Shown piece after piece: positions 36,493-45,855 of a stretch of DNA of 64,000 nt. Origin of the DNA: Rickettsiales bacterium (lineage in GTDB: Bacteria > Pseudomonadota > Alphaproteobacteria > Rs-D84). Location of the stretch: the NCBI GenBank assembly GCA_031254335.1, contig JAIRUP010000003.1, positions 5,257 to 69,256 on the forward strand, given 5' to 3'. Position numbers and translations under genes: made by a program. Under the pieces are notes generated by a model. The model was not told the origin of the DNA, ran no database searches, and worked only from the letters and a program-made list of their open reading frames with translations. Each line of letters begins with the position of its first letter. Within the stretch, counting starts at the first letter, position 1.

Positions 36493-37425
36493 ATGACGAG
36501 TCGTATGAAAAAGATATTCAAATATTTTCCGGTTTGGGTTGTTTGCGTTATCGCCCTTGGCGCGGCATTCGTATATTTCAGGCCCGCGCAGGAAATCGAA
36601 ATCGCCGCGGCTTTGGCTCCGGCGGCGACAAAGGATATTAATTACGACCTGGATGGTCGGGTCCTAGCCCACCATGACAATAATGGCGAGGTTCAGGTTG
36701 CGCGGCACGGGTTTGCCCTTGAATTCGAGGGCATAAAAGCACGCGCGCGCATCGGTCGCGTGAGAATCAATTTCATGCGCGACGGCGACAGATACGAAAC
36801 TTCCATGAGCGTTCGCGCCGCGGGAATTTTCAAGAGCGTTCTTGACGAGAAGCTATCCTTGAAATCCGCAGGCCGGATTTCAGACGGACGGATGGAGGCC
36901 GATTATTTCCTTAACAGCTCCGTCAAAGACAACGGGAAGGGGGAAGAAAAAGTCCACGACTTTACGGACGGTCCGGCATACTCTTACAACGGAACCAAGG
37001 AAGAAGTCGACGGCAAGATATACGAGCAGGCCGTCGACCCCCTTGTTATTTTGATTCTTGTCGGCAATGCCATCGGCGACGCGGGAAACTGCAATTTTTC
37101 AAGCAACTCGCTTTTGGACAAGTTGGGATTCACGGTCGAATCTTCCGACAAGGGAGACCGAAAGGACTCGGGCATAAAGTCCAAGGGCAAGCCAATCGTA
37201 GAGCGGCGGTGCGACATTACCGTCCGAAACCGCGCCGGAAAAAAGCAGAAGGCTTTCCCTTTCGACCACGAGTTCGCAAAAAAGGGCAAGAAGGCGCGGG
37301 CCGCCAAGATTCGGGTTTATTATTCCGACATCGACGGCGGAGGGATTGTTCCCGTTTATATAAAAATCATCGAGACCCCGATTGGGGATTTCGACATAAG
37401 GCTGGTGAAGATTTCGAGGTTTTGA
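36493..37425 (+). CDS. Hypothetical exported protein
   Basis: N-terminal hydrophobic segment VWVVCVIALGAAFV; Lys-rich C-terminus. The annotated ATG lies within a B-family repeat (gacgccgaccaacgccggcatgacgag), so the true start may be MKKIF at 36505. Confidence 0.5.
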   Translation: MTSRMKKIFKYFPVWVVCVIALGAAFVYFRPAQEIEIAAALAPAATKDINYDLDGRVLAHHDNNGEVQVARHGFALEFEGIKARARIGRVRINFMRDGDRYETSMSVRAAGIFKSVLDEKLSLKSAGRISDGRMEADYFLNSSVKDNGKGEEKVHDFTDGPAYSYNGTKEEVDGKIYEQAVDPLVILILVGNAIGDAGNCNFSSNSLLDKLGFTVESSDKGDRKDSGIKSKGKPIVERRCDITVRNRAGKKQKAFPFDHEFAKKGKKARAAKIRVYYSDIDGGGIVPVYIKIIETPIGDFDIRLVKISRF

Positions 37426-37600
37426 GAAAGACAAAAAATAAAATGGGCGTTTTTCGTTTTCGCGTCTAATCGCCGAATGACGCTTCGAAAAACCGACGCG
37501 CCGCGGCGGCGTTACAGGCCAACGGCGGTCGGTTTTTCTTGGTCCTCGGACGATTATCCATCGAAAACGCGACGCCAATAATTATTTTTTGAGCTTATTT

Positions 37601-38098
37601 TTATTTTCCTTCTTCAAGGCAGCGGATTTTGTCGTGGAGCCATTTGTCCCAATTCATTATATCCATCGCGTCCCATTTCGTGAACTCGAACCTTGGCAGC
37701 CAGCGGAACTTCACCTTCGACCATTTCTTCACAAGGCATTCCTGCATGCACACGCCTTCCTTGAACTCCATCCCGTTCACCTTTATGAATTCGCCGTTCA
37801 GGCTTTTAAGGCTTGCTATATCCTTTTCCAGCAGCGCCGAGAATTTAGTCAGGTGGTCCTTCAAGTCCTTCATGACATAGCCGCCCTTGGCCCCCGGTTT
37901 TTTGATGTCCATTCCCAAATCCATCGCGAAATTCGCAACGCATATTCCATGGCATTGGAATTTCTTCGCCAGGTGGCGGTGCATCCTTTTCAAGCCGTTC
38001 AGATTGATTTTCTGCGCGCACGACATCGCCTCTTCGTTAAGCAACGCCTGGTTGTCCGCGATATTCCTTATTTCTTGAAGTATTTTTGCCGGTTCCAT
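37601..38098 (-). CDS. Hypothetical protein, 165 aa, Cys/His-containing
   Basis: Clean ORF; no family recognised. Confidence 0.4.
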   Translation of the reverse strand: MEPAKILQEIRNIADNQALLNEEAMSCAQKINLNGLKRMHRHLAKKFQCHGICVANFAMDLGMDIKKPGAKGGYVMKDLKDHLTKFSALLEKDIASLKSLNGEFIKVNGMEFKEGVCMQECLVKKWSKVKFRWLPRFEFTKWDAMDIMNWDKWLHDKIRCLEEGK

Positions 38099-38168
38099 TC
38101 ATCCCCTCCTTTGGTTGGATAAAAGGAGGGTGCGGAAAACGGGTCAACGATTCAATGAGGCGGTATTC

Positions 38169-38888
38169 CTAGCGCGTCGCCGCCTTGTTGCTGTCAAGCG
38201 CGATGGTCGCGCCTTCCTGCTTGTTATAGCGGCCGTTGTAGAGGTGGTTCAAGACATCCAATTCCGTGTCGAAGAAATACATCTGCGCTATCGGCTTGAA
38301 CGGATACAAAACCGTCGGGACAGTGCAGGACATTTCAAGCGTAAGCTGCGTTCCCTTGCCGTTGAACGGCGCGTCTTTCTCCGAATCCCAGCCCTGGCCG
38401 CTGTGTATGAACGGCGCGGTGTAGTGGATGAACAGGCTGTCGCGGCCGCGGGTGGAAAGACCTTCGAGCAATCCCGTTATATTCCTCATCGCCACATATT
38501 CGTATATCGAGCTTAGATAAAAAACGCCCGGCCTTATATAAAGCCCCGATTCCGGGATTTTCGTTTCAATCGTTTCGCGCTCCTTCCGGGTTTTTGGGTC
38601 GAGCGCGTATTTCGGGCTTATGCAATAATGCGCCGGACGGTTGCAATCCTTCACATAGTCGCCGTGCGATTCATACCAGTCCATTTCCGTATATTCCACG
38701 CCTTCCTTTTTCGGAAGCCACGGACGCACGCCTTCGGGCAGGGAATTCTTGTAAATCTTTATATGGTCCACTATGCGCAAATCAATCGAGTCCGCGCCGA
38801 TAAGCTCCGGGTCAAGATTGTGTATGTAAAGGGAATATCTTGAAAACGCAGGATTCATCCTGTCTATAAGTTGGGGCTTGGTGAGCAT
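38169..38888 (-). CDS. Hypothetical protein; possibly a dUTPase-superfamily, dCTP-deaminase-like protein
   Basis: Weak resemblance to dCTP deaminase beta-helix motifs (IGADSIDLRI; SGQGWDSE); the assignment is low confidence. Confidence 0.35.
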   Translation of the reverse strand: MLTKPQLIDRMNPAFSRYSLYIHNLDPELIGADSIDLRIVDHIKIYKNSLPEGVRPWLPKKEGVEYTEMDWYESHGDYVKDCNRPAHYCISPKYALDPKTRKERETIETKIPESGLYIRPGVFYLSSIYEYVAMRNITGLLEGLSTRGRDSLFIHYTAPFIHSGQGWDSEKDAPFNGKGTQLTLEMSCTVPTVLYPFKPIAQMYFFDTELDVLNHLYNGRYNKQEGATIALDSNKAATR

Positions 38889-38932
38889 GAGAGACCTCTT
38901 GATTTGAGTCGCCTGGCGGCGACAGTTATAAC

Positions 38933-38964
38933 CTGGGTCCTCGGGTCAAGCCCGAGGATGACAA
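38933..38964. repeat. A-family palindromic repeat (ctgggtcctcgggtcaagcccgaggatgacaa)
   Basis: A-family copies (gag/gcc-(g)a(t)tcc CCGG tcaagCCGGgg(a)atgaca) at 8197, 20897, 21673, 32227, 41825, 54552, 58908 and 59284. Confidence 0.85.
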
Positions 38965-38966
38965 GG

Positions 38967-40025
38967 CTATTTGTTGTTCATTTCCCTACGAATCTCTCTC
39001 CAATTCGCGTGGTTAACCTGGTGCTCCTCGTATGTTTCGGCGAATATATGCCCCCCGCTTCCATCCGCCACGAAGTAAAAATAATCATGCTGTTCCGGGT
39101 TCAGAGCAGCCATTATAGCATGGATTCCGGGATTCGCAATCGGCGTCGGCGGAAGCCCTTTGTATTTATAAGTATTATACAGGCTGTCGGTTTCAAGGTG
39201 CTTCCTTGTAATCCCGCGGCCCTGCATGTGGCCCCAGCCGCCCGTTATCGCATAGACGACAGTCGGGTCCGCCTGCAACTTCATGCCTTTTTTCAGGCGG
39301 TTCACATACACCCCCGCCACGCGCGGCATTTCCGACAAGACCCTTGTTTCTTTTTGTATTATGGCCGCCAAGGATAGCAATTCCGTCCAGTTTTGTATCG
39401 GTTCCGGCAGGCTGTTCTCATATTTCGCGCGCGTCGCCGACATTTTATCCGCCATTGCGTTAAGGACAAGATTCCTATCCGCGCCCTTGGCGAATCCATA
39501 GGTTTCCGGGAACAATTCCCCGTCATTATAAAGCGTTCTTATTTGGCCGGTCAGCTCCGGGTGGTTGCCGACGATTTCATAGATTTGCTTCACCGTCAGC
39601 CCTTCGGGAATCGTAATCATCGTGAGGGCTATGCGGCCCTTGGCGAAATTACGCGCGGTCGTCCAGACGCTTTGGCCCGGCTTCAAGTCGTAAAGGCCCG
39701 ACTGTATGCGGCCGCCCCAAAGCTGGACCGATACCTTGAACAATATCCCGCTATTGATTAGATTTTGTTCGCGCAATTCCGCGGCCACTTTCGATATTGA
39801 CGCGCCCGCCGGGACATTGAACGGCGTTTTTTCCGCAATCGGCGAGCTGAAAAATGTCCAGCGCGCGAGGGTAAAGCCGGTTGCGAGGATGATAACGATT
39901 AGGAATTGGGCGAGGATGTTGCGTTTCGACCCCCCACCGAAACGCCAAAGGCGTTTCGACTCCCCCGCAATGGGGGAGTTGATTTTTTTTATTATTTTTT
40001 TCTTAATTTTCTTTTTCTTAGGCAT
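38967..40025 (-). CDS. mltG: Endolytic murein transglycosylase MltG (YceG family)
   Basis: YceG-like domain (...LPPTPIANPG...); the N-terminus carries an in-frame C-family repeat (KKINSPIAGESKRLWRFGGGSKR) encoded by 39928..39980. Confidence 0.85.
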   Translation of the reverse strand: MPKKKKIKKKIIKKINSPIAGESKRLWRFGGGSKRNILAQFLIVIILATGFTLARWTFFSSPIAEKTPFNVPAGASISKVAAELREQNLINSGILFKVSVQLWGGRIQSGLYDLKPGQSVWTTARNFAKGRIALTMITIPEGLTVKQIYEIVGNHPELTGQIRTLYNDGELFPETYGFAKGADRNLVLNAMADKMSATRAKYENSLPEPIQNWTELLSLAAIIQKETRVLSEMPRVAGVYVNRLKKGMKLQADPTVVYAITGGWGHMQGRGITRKHLETDSLYNTYKYKGLPPTPIANPGIHAIMAALNPEQHDYFYFVADGSGGHIFAETYEEHQVNHANWREIRREMNNK

Positions 40026-41283
40026 CGACCTTTCCGATTATGATGGACGCGTTCGTCCCGCCGAAACCGAACGAATTCGACAGCGCGTATTTGATGTCTT
40101 TTTTCTTGGCGACATGAGGAACCAAGTCAAGGTCGCCGACTTCATCCGCCGGCTCGTCCAAGTTAATCGTCGGCGGAAGCATTCCGTCCCTGACCGCCAA
40201 TGCGCTGAATATCGCCTCTACCGCGCCGGCCGCGCCCAAGAGATGGCCCGTCATCGATTTCGTGGATGACATCGACACATTCGTTCCCGCGAACAATGTT
40301 TTCACCGCCGCCAATTCCGCCAAGTCGCCCAGCGGCGTCGAGGTGCCGTGCGCGTTTATATATCCGATGTCTTCCGGTTTCAGATTCGCGTCGCGCAGGG
40401 CCGCTTCCATCGCGCGGCGGCCGCCGTTGCCGTCCTCGGCCGGCGCGGTTATATGGTGCGCGTCGCCCGACATTCCGTATCCGAAAATCTCGCCGTATAT
40501 CTTCGCGCCGCGCGCTTTCGCGTGCTCGTATTCTTCCAAAACAAGGATTCCCGCGCCTTCGGCAATCACGAATCCTCCGCGGTTCTTGTCCCACGGGCGG
40601 CTGCCCTTTTCCGGCGCGTCGTTGTATGCCGTGCAGAGCGCGTGCATAACGCCGAAGCCCGCGACCCCGATTCTGCATACTCCCGCCTCGCTTCCGCCGG
40701 CGACCATAACATCCGCGTCGCCGTGCATTATCATCCTTGCGGCGTCGCCGATTGCGTGCGTGCCCGTCGCGCAGGCCGTGACAATCGACATGTTCGGCCC
40801 CCTGAATCCGTGTATAATCGAGACCTGTCCCGACATCATGTTTATCAGCGCCTTTGGCATGAAGAACGGCGAGACCCGTCTTGGGCCGTTGTTCTCCAAC
40901 GCGACGCAGTTTTCATATATCGTTTGCAGGCCGCCGATTCCCGCGCCAATCAAAACGCCCGTGCGGTCTTTTTGCTCGTCGGTAAGGTTTTCGAGCTTTG
41001 CGTCGCGGATTGCCTCGTTCGCGCAGGCGACGCCATAGGCGACGCATTTGTCCATCTTGCGGCTTAGCGCGGGGTCAAGCAGCGCGTCCTGGTTGTATTG
41101 CCCAGGCTCGGTTCCAGTTTCCGGCACGCCGCCGATTTGGCTGGCAAGGTCGTCCACTTGGAAGCCCTCTATCCGTTTTATGCCGGATTTGCCGGCCAAA
41201 ATGTTCTTCCAGGCGTGTTCCACGCCGGAACCAACCGGGGAAACTATTCCCATTCCTGTTATAACTACGCGTCGCGTGTTCAT
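40018..41283 (-). CDS. fabF: Beta-ketoacyl-ACP synthase II
   Basis: RVVITGMGIVSPVG; active-site Cys (VTACATG); HGTSTPLGD and NSFGFGGTNASI motifs. Confidence 0.92.
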   Translation of the reverse strand: MNTRRVVITGMGIVSPVGSGVEHAWKNILAGKSGIKRIEGFQVDDLASQIGGVPETGTEPGQYNQDALLDPALSRKMDKCVAYGVACANEAIRDAKLENLTDEQKDRTGVLIGAGIGGLQTIYENCVALENNGPRRVSPFFMPKALINMMSGQVSIIHGFRGPNMSIVTACATGTHAIGDAARMIMHGDADVMVAGGSEAGVCRIGVAGFGVMHALCTAYNDAPEKGSRPWDKNRGGFVIAEGAGILVLEEYEHAKARGAKIYGEIFGYGMSGDAHHITAPAEDGNGGRRAMEAALRDANLKPEDIGYINAHGTSTPLGDLAELAAVKTLFAGTNVSMSSTKSMTGHLLGAAGAVEAIFSALAVRDGMLPPTINLDEPADEVGDLDLVPHVAKKKDIKYALSNSFGFGGTNASIIIGKVDA

Positions 41284-41367
41284 TACATAATCCTTTGATT
41301 TGTTAATCGGTGCTAAATTATAGGACATCAAAAAACGGTTTTCAAATAAAAAAATGTGGAGGATTTT

Positions 41368-41423
41368 AACCCCCCACCGAAATTTTCATTGAAAATTTCG
41401 ACTCCCCCGCAAGGGGGGAGTTA
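41368..41423. repeat. C-family palindromic repeat between acpP and fabF
   Basis: aaccccccaccgaaattttcattgaaaatttcgactcccccgcaaggggggagtt. Confidence 0.8.
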
Positions 41424-41432
41424 ATTTATTTT

Positions 41433-41678
41433 TTACTTCTTCTCGGCGATTTTCGCGTCGATGTAGCGGACCGCGTCCCCGACCGTAAGCAGCTTTGCCG
41501 CCGCTTCGTCCGGAATCGTGATGTTCCACTTGCTTTCCAATTCCATAATCAATTCCACCAAGTCAAGGCTGTCCGCGCCCAAATCCTGTTGAAAGGATTT
41601 CTCCATCGTGATGTCTTCCGCCTTGGCGTTCAGCTTTTCGACTATGACTTGTTTCATTGTTTCAAATGTGTTCGACAT
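41433..41678 (-). CDS. acpP: Acyl carrier protein
   Basis: LGADSLDLVELIMELE phosphopantetheine-attachment motif. Confidence 0.95.
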   Translation of the reverse strand: MSNTFETMKQVIVEKLNAKAEDITMEKSFQQDLGADSLDLVELIMELESKWNITIPDEAAAKLLTVGDAVRYIDAKIAEKK

Positions 41679-41868
41679 TTATTTACCTTTGTTTTTGTTG
41701 ATATATACGAAGGGTTTCCTTTTCCCCCCGGTTATGAGATTGAATTTTATCAGTCCAGAAGTCAAATGTCAAGTTTATAACAGGTTATAACAAGAGAATT
41801 GGCTGGAATCAACAGGATGAGGATGAGGTCCCGCGGTCAAGCCGCGGGATGACAATGTTATTTAAGGT

Positions 41869-43887
41869 TTGAATATGGGGGGGGAATATGGTAAAATTAG
41901 GGAAAGAGAGAATTTTAGGAGAGGGCCTATTTTTAGGAAGTTCAGCAATTTATGCGGATTCATACAATGGACCCCGGCCTTCGCCGGGGTGACGCTAGTT
42001 GTTATGTTGTCCAGTGCAATGGCGGCGCCGATTGCGGGGCCGGGTCCGGCAATCGCGGGCGGCGGCGGAAACCTTACTTCCCTTAAAGGTTCCGGCATAG
42101 TGAACGCCAACGCCTACAACAATCAAGCCATGCCTCAACGCACCGCCCATGTCGAGATGGCCGAGGCTGCCGCGGGCGCGGAAATAAACTATCGCAACTG
42201 CGAATCCATGCTGAAACGCTGCGTCGTTCCCAAGTGTTCCGCAGGCTGCACAGACAATGCCATGACGACCAGCATTATCAAGGGATGTTTATCCGCCATG
42301 TCACCCGGTTGCGAGAAATTCGACGAATTGCCGTCCGCGCTTGCCGCTGAAATAGTTTCCATGGGCGTAGCCGCCCAACAAAAAGCCGCGTCCGAGGCCG
42401 CGAGCGCGGCCGCCGCGCAGGCGCAAGCCCAGGCAAGCGCGGACACCGCCGCCATGCAGCAACAGATGGCGCAGATGCAACAGCAGATGGCCGAACAGCA
42501 GGCCCAGGCCGCCGCGGCGCAACAGAAAATGATGGAAGACATGATGGCCGCGCAACAGGCGCAGGCTCAGCAGGCCGCCGCCATGCCCGCCGCCGCGCCG
42601 GTTATGGCCGAAGTTTTGGCGCGCGACCAGGCGTCCGGCCAAATCATGTCCGAAATCGACCGCATGAACGGCGCGCTGGCTTCCCTTAAAAAAATCATGG
42701 AGACGACATTCGATTACGCCGGCTGCGATTACCGCGGCGAGAACTGCCAGCAGGTGCGCCGAGTCGCCGCCTTCCGCGAGAAGGCCAACAAGTTCTTCCA
42801 GCCCTTCGACGAAGTTATCGACCGCATTTACGATGTAATCAGCATGGGCCAGGCACTTGGCGCGGATGTCAACAATGTTTATATGCTGTTGGAGAGTTCT
42901 TGCGAAAGATGGGGGCTTTACACCAATACAAACTTCAAGCCGAATACCACAAATGTTCCGAAACAAGGCGACCTTATAAGGATTCTGAATTCCGGCGAAG
43001 AAGTTTTGAATGAATTTTCGCAGGGGCAGCAGAGGTCCGACGGCCTTATGGTCGCCTGCGCTTCGAAGAGCGCGACAAGCAATGTGGGAATGATTGCCAG
43101 GCGCCGGGCGAACGCAACCGCAATCGATACCGAGCCTTTGAGGCAGGCGCTGGCGGCCATGGATAGAAGAGAGATGAACGCAAGCAAAAGCATGGTATGG
43201 GTGCATCCGTGTTGCGGAAGCAGTACCGTAAAGACCGTTTGCAAAGAGAAGTGGGGCGACACGGACAAAAACAACCCGGGCGACGGGTCTTGCAAAGAAG
43301 TAAATCCCGAATTCACCATTTGCCCGGTGCATGCATTGAACGGACCCATGTGTTCCTCTGGGGTGCAAACGCTTTCGCTGACGGCGCCGGACGCCGAGCT
43401 TCTTGCGCGCCGCGCGAGCAATATAACCCGCGAGATGTTCCAGCAGTTCAACAGGCTGGACATCATCGCAAAGCAAATCAGAACCATTGTTCAGCAGGCC
43501 GTTCTGAACCACCAGAACCAGCAGGCGGCAGAAGCCGCCAACCCGGGCGCGAATGCCATAGATTCGGCGCTTTGTATGAGTGCGGGTGGAACTTTGGAAG
43601 TTCTTAAATGCCTTGGCAACGAGGTCGCGCAGCTTATTTCAGAAGTTCAATCAGCGAGCACCGTGTCGAATTTCAGAAAACGCTGCGATAACCTGTATGC
43701 CAGGGTTAAGAATGAAACCAGCCTTTATGCGAAGAATCAAAATAAAAATATTAAACAATGCGGAACTGATAAAGCTAGTATGCAAGAAAGCTTATATTCG
43801 TTTAGAAATGCCTTAACCGAGGCTAGTAATAGCACTGACCTTAAAAAAGATGCCACACAGTTCGTGATTCAAGCCAGTCCGCAGTAG
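41869..43887 (+). CDS. Large secreted Cys-rich protein, divergent paralog 3
   Basis: C-x6-C-x4-C module (CESMLKRCVVPKCSAGC) like paralogs 1 and 2; a long Gln/Ala-rich low-complexity tract (AQAQASADTAAMQQQMAQMQQQMAEQQAQAAAAQQ); a Cys-rich remainder. The N-terminus includes an in-frame B-family repeat (41955..41990) encoding a hydrophobic segment; the true start is uncertain. Confidence 0.65.
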   Translation: MNMGGEYGKIRERENFRRGPIFRKFSNLCGFIQWTPAFAGVTLVVMLSSAMAAPIAGPGPAIAGGGGNLTSLKGSGIVNANAYNNQAMPQRTAHVEMAEAAAGAEINYRNCESMLKRCVVPKCSAGCTDNAMTTSIIKGCLSAMSPGCEKFDELPSALAAEIVSMGVAAQQKAASEAASAAAAQAQAQASADTAAMQQQMAQMQQQMAEQQAQAAAAQQKMMEDMMAAQQAQAQQAAAMPAAAPVMAEVLARDQASGQIMSEIDRMNGALASLKKIMETTFDYAGCDYRGENCQQVRRVAAFREKANKFFQPFDEVIDRIYDVISMGQALGADVNNVYMLLESSCERWGLYTNTNFKPNTTNVPKQGDLIRILNSGEEVLNEFSQGQQRSDGLMVACASKSATSNVGMIARRRANATAIDTEPLRQALAAMDRREMNASKSMVWVHPCCGSSTVKTVCKEKWGDTDKNNPGDGSCKEVNPEFTICPVHALNGPMCSSGVQTLSLTAPDAELLARRASNITREMFQQFNRLDIIAKQIRTIVQQAVLNHQNQQAAEAANPGANAIDSALCMSAGGTLEVLKCLGNEVAQLISEVQSASTVSNFRKRCDNLYARVKNETSLYAKNQNKNIKQCGTDKASMQESLYSFRNALTEASNSTDLKKDATQFVIQASPQ

Positions 43888-43943
43888 ACCCCCCCCACCC
43901 CCCGCATGGGGGGGGGGAGTTGTAAAAAGAGGAAATAAAATAA

Positions 43944-44516
43944 TTGGTTAATCTCAAAAATATCATTTATGAAATCAGGGGGCAGCAGGTCATGTTGGAC
44001 AGCGACCTCGCGCGGATTTATGGGATTGATACAAAGGTATTAAATCAGGCCGTGAAACGGAATATTCACAAGTTCCCGCCTGAATTCAGGTTTCAGCTGA
44101 CGCGGGCCGAATATGAAAACTTGAGGTGCCAAATTGGCACCTCAAGATGGGAATGCCCTGAAAATCAGCCAAACTTAAGGTCACAAATTGTGACCTCAAG
44201 TTATGGAGGGCGCAGATACCTGCCGTTCGTCTTCACCGAGCACGGGGTTGTCATGCTTGCTTCCGTCCTTAATAGCAAGACTGCCGTGCAGGTAAATATC
44301 GCCGTCGTCAAAGCATTCGTCGCAATGCGCCACTATGTCGAGCAGCCCGTCAAAAAGAAGCTGGACGACCTTGAAAAGATTCTTATGCTTCACATCGACG
44401 ACACCAACGGACACTTGTCCGAACACGCCGCCAAGATAAACGAAATCATAACCGCTTTGGGCGCGATGGTCGAAAAGCCCAAGCCCAAAAGGAGGATAGG
44501 GTTCAATGTTAAATAA
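43944..44516 (+). CDS. ORF6N-domain protein (KilA-N-like, mobile-element or phage associated)
   Basis: IRGQQVMLDSDLARIYGIDTKVLNQAVKRNIHKFPPEFRFQLT...SYGGRRYLPFVFTEHGVVMLASVLNS; TTG start with an aagagga RBS; contains an 18-codon palindromic duplication; AT-rich. Confidence 0.8.
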   Translation: MVNLKNIIYEIRGQQVMLDSDLARIYGIDTKVLNQAVKRNIHKFPPEFRFQLTRAEYENLRCQIGTSRWECPENQPNLRSQIVTSSYGGRRYLPFVFTEHGVVMLASVLNSKTAVQVNIAVVKAFVAMRHYVEQPVKKKLDDLEKILMLHIDDTNGHLSEHAAKINEIITALGAMVEKPKPKRRIGFNVK

Positions 44517-44563
44517 AAATTATACAATCACCCCCCCCCCCCCCGAGTTCTAGGTTCGGTTGG

Positions 44564-45799
44564 ATGAGGAAGATTATCCCGGCTCTTTTTCTTTTTGCGC
44601 TTGTTCCCGCCGCCGGGTTCGCCAGGCCTTTCAATATGGACGGTATGTTCATGATTGGCACGGATGTGGGGTTAGGACATTCCGCCTTAGGGAGCGGTAT
44701 GGCGGCCGCGGCAGCGCGCGACGACACTATTAAGACAATAGACAACGCCCAAATAGAAATGGTCTTAAAAAACGCCAATGAACTGGACTTTGGGCCCGTT
44801 GAATCCCAATTGCAAGATGCTTTCGCAAAGTTGTGGGAAATTCTGCCGGAAGAGGACAAGACCTTGTGCTGGGCCGCCGACGGAGCCAAGGATACCATAA
44901 AAACCGCCTTGGACAATATAACCGCCAAAATAACCGGCGCGAGATTTCTTGCGCTGAATGTAGATGAAAAATACAAGATGGAATACTTCAAGCTGAGGGT
45001 TTCGCAAATGAAACCATGCGTCGCAAATGCGATAACAATGGCCGCAGTTCAAGCACAAGGCAGGGCGGCCGAAGAAATACTCGATATAGCCAATAATCTT
45101 TCATTCGACGAACTGAAAGAAAAGCTGAGAGTTATTCCGCGCGAAGAGAACAAGACCGTTTGCTTCATACCGTTCGGAACAGACAGGAACGATATGCAGT
45201 CCGCAATAAATGATTTGCAATATTCAATCGGCCGTTCAAGCATGTTTGCCGCAACGGACGCATTCAATAAACAGGTCAAAACCCTACATGACGCAGAGAA
45301 TTGCGGATGGTGCGGCGAGGATGGCAAGATTTGCTTCAAGGACAAAAACGACAATATCATAAACACGCATGATATGAACGAGGCGGACCGCGATTGGTTC
45401 TTGGAATCGCACAGTAGAGGATTCATAAAAGAAGAGGATTTGGAAAGATATGCGAAGCTGGCCGGAGTTGAATGGGATTCGGATGTCCTTTCCCCCGCGC
45501 CAGCCGTTGAATTGTCATATTACACCGGGGAAATGGACTCAATGTTGGAATCTCACGGCTCCGAGTGCGTGCCGATGGAATCATACTATGATTGGGATGA
45601 AAGGGTCCGCGAAAATATAGATAGGGACCAGATGGATGCCTTTCATGATTATGCGAAGACGATTATCGACAGGTTCTGCTCAGAGGAAAGGCCGGTGGTG
45701 GCGGAAGGAGAGGGCGTTGAAGAATTGGATAATGAACAGAATAGGATTCCCGCCTCCGCGGGAATGACAGATTTGGCGGCGGCGGAAGGAGAAATGTGA
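44564..45799 (+). CDS. Hypothetical secreted protein (411 aa) with an acidic C-terminus
   Basis: Signal peptide MRKIIPALFLFALVPAAGFA; several Cys; a B-family repeat is encoded in-frame near the C-terminus (RIPASAGMTD). Confidence 0.55.
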   Translation: MRKIIPALFLFALVPAAGFARPFNMDGMFMIGTDVGLGHSALGSGMAAAAARDDTIKTIDNAQIEMVLKNANELDFGPVESQLQDAFAKLWEILPEEDKTLCWAADGAKDTIKTALDNITAKITGARFLALNVDEKYKMEYFKLRVSQMKPCVANAITMAAVQAQGRAAEEILDIANNLSFDELKEKLRVIPREENKTVCFIPFGTDRNDMQSAINDLQYSIGRSSMFAATDAFNKQVKTLHDAENCGWCGEDGKICFKDKNDNIINTHDMNEADRDWFLESHSRGFIKEEDLERYAKLAGVEWDSDVLSPAPAVELSYYTGEMDSMLESHGSECVPMESYYDWDERVRENIDRDQMDAFHDYAKTIIDRFCSEERPVVAEGEGVEELDNEQNRIPASAGMTDLAAAEGEM

Positions 45800-45855
45800 T
45801 TCGGGTTTTGATTCCCACCCCGCTCTTCGCGCACCCCTCCCAAGAGGGGAATTTT

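Noticed and set aside
42301-43512. 403-aa minus-strand ORF opposite secreted paralog 3
   Set aside because: Antisense, low-complexity Arg/Gly/Leu-rich translation driven by the Gln/Ala-rich repeat region on the plus strand.
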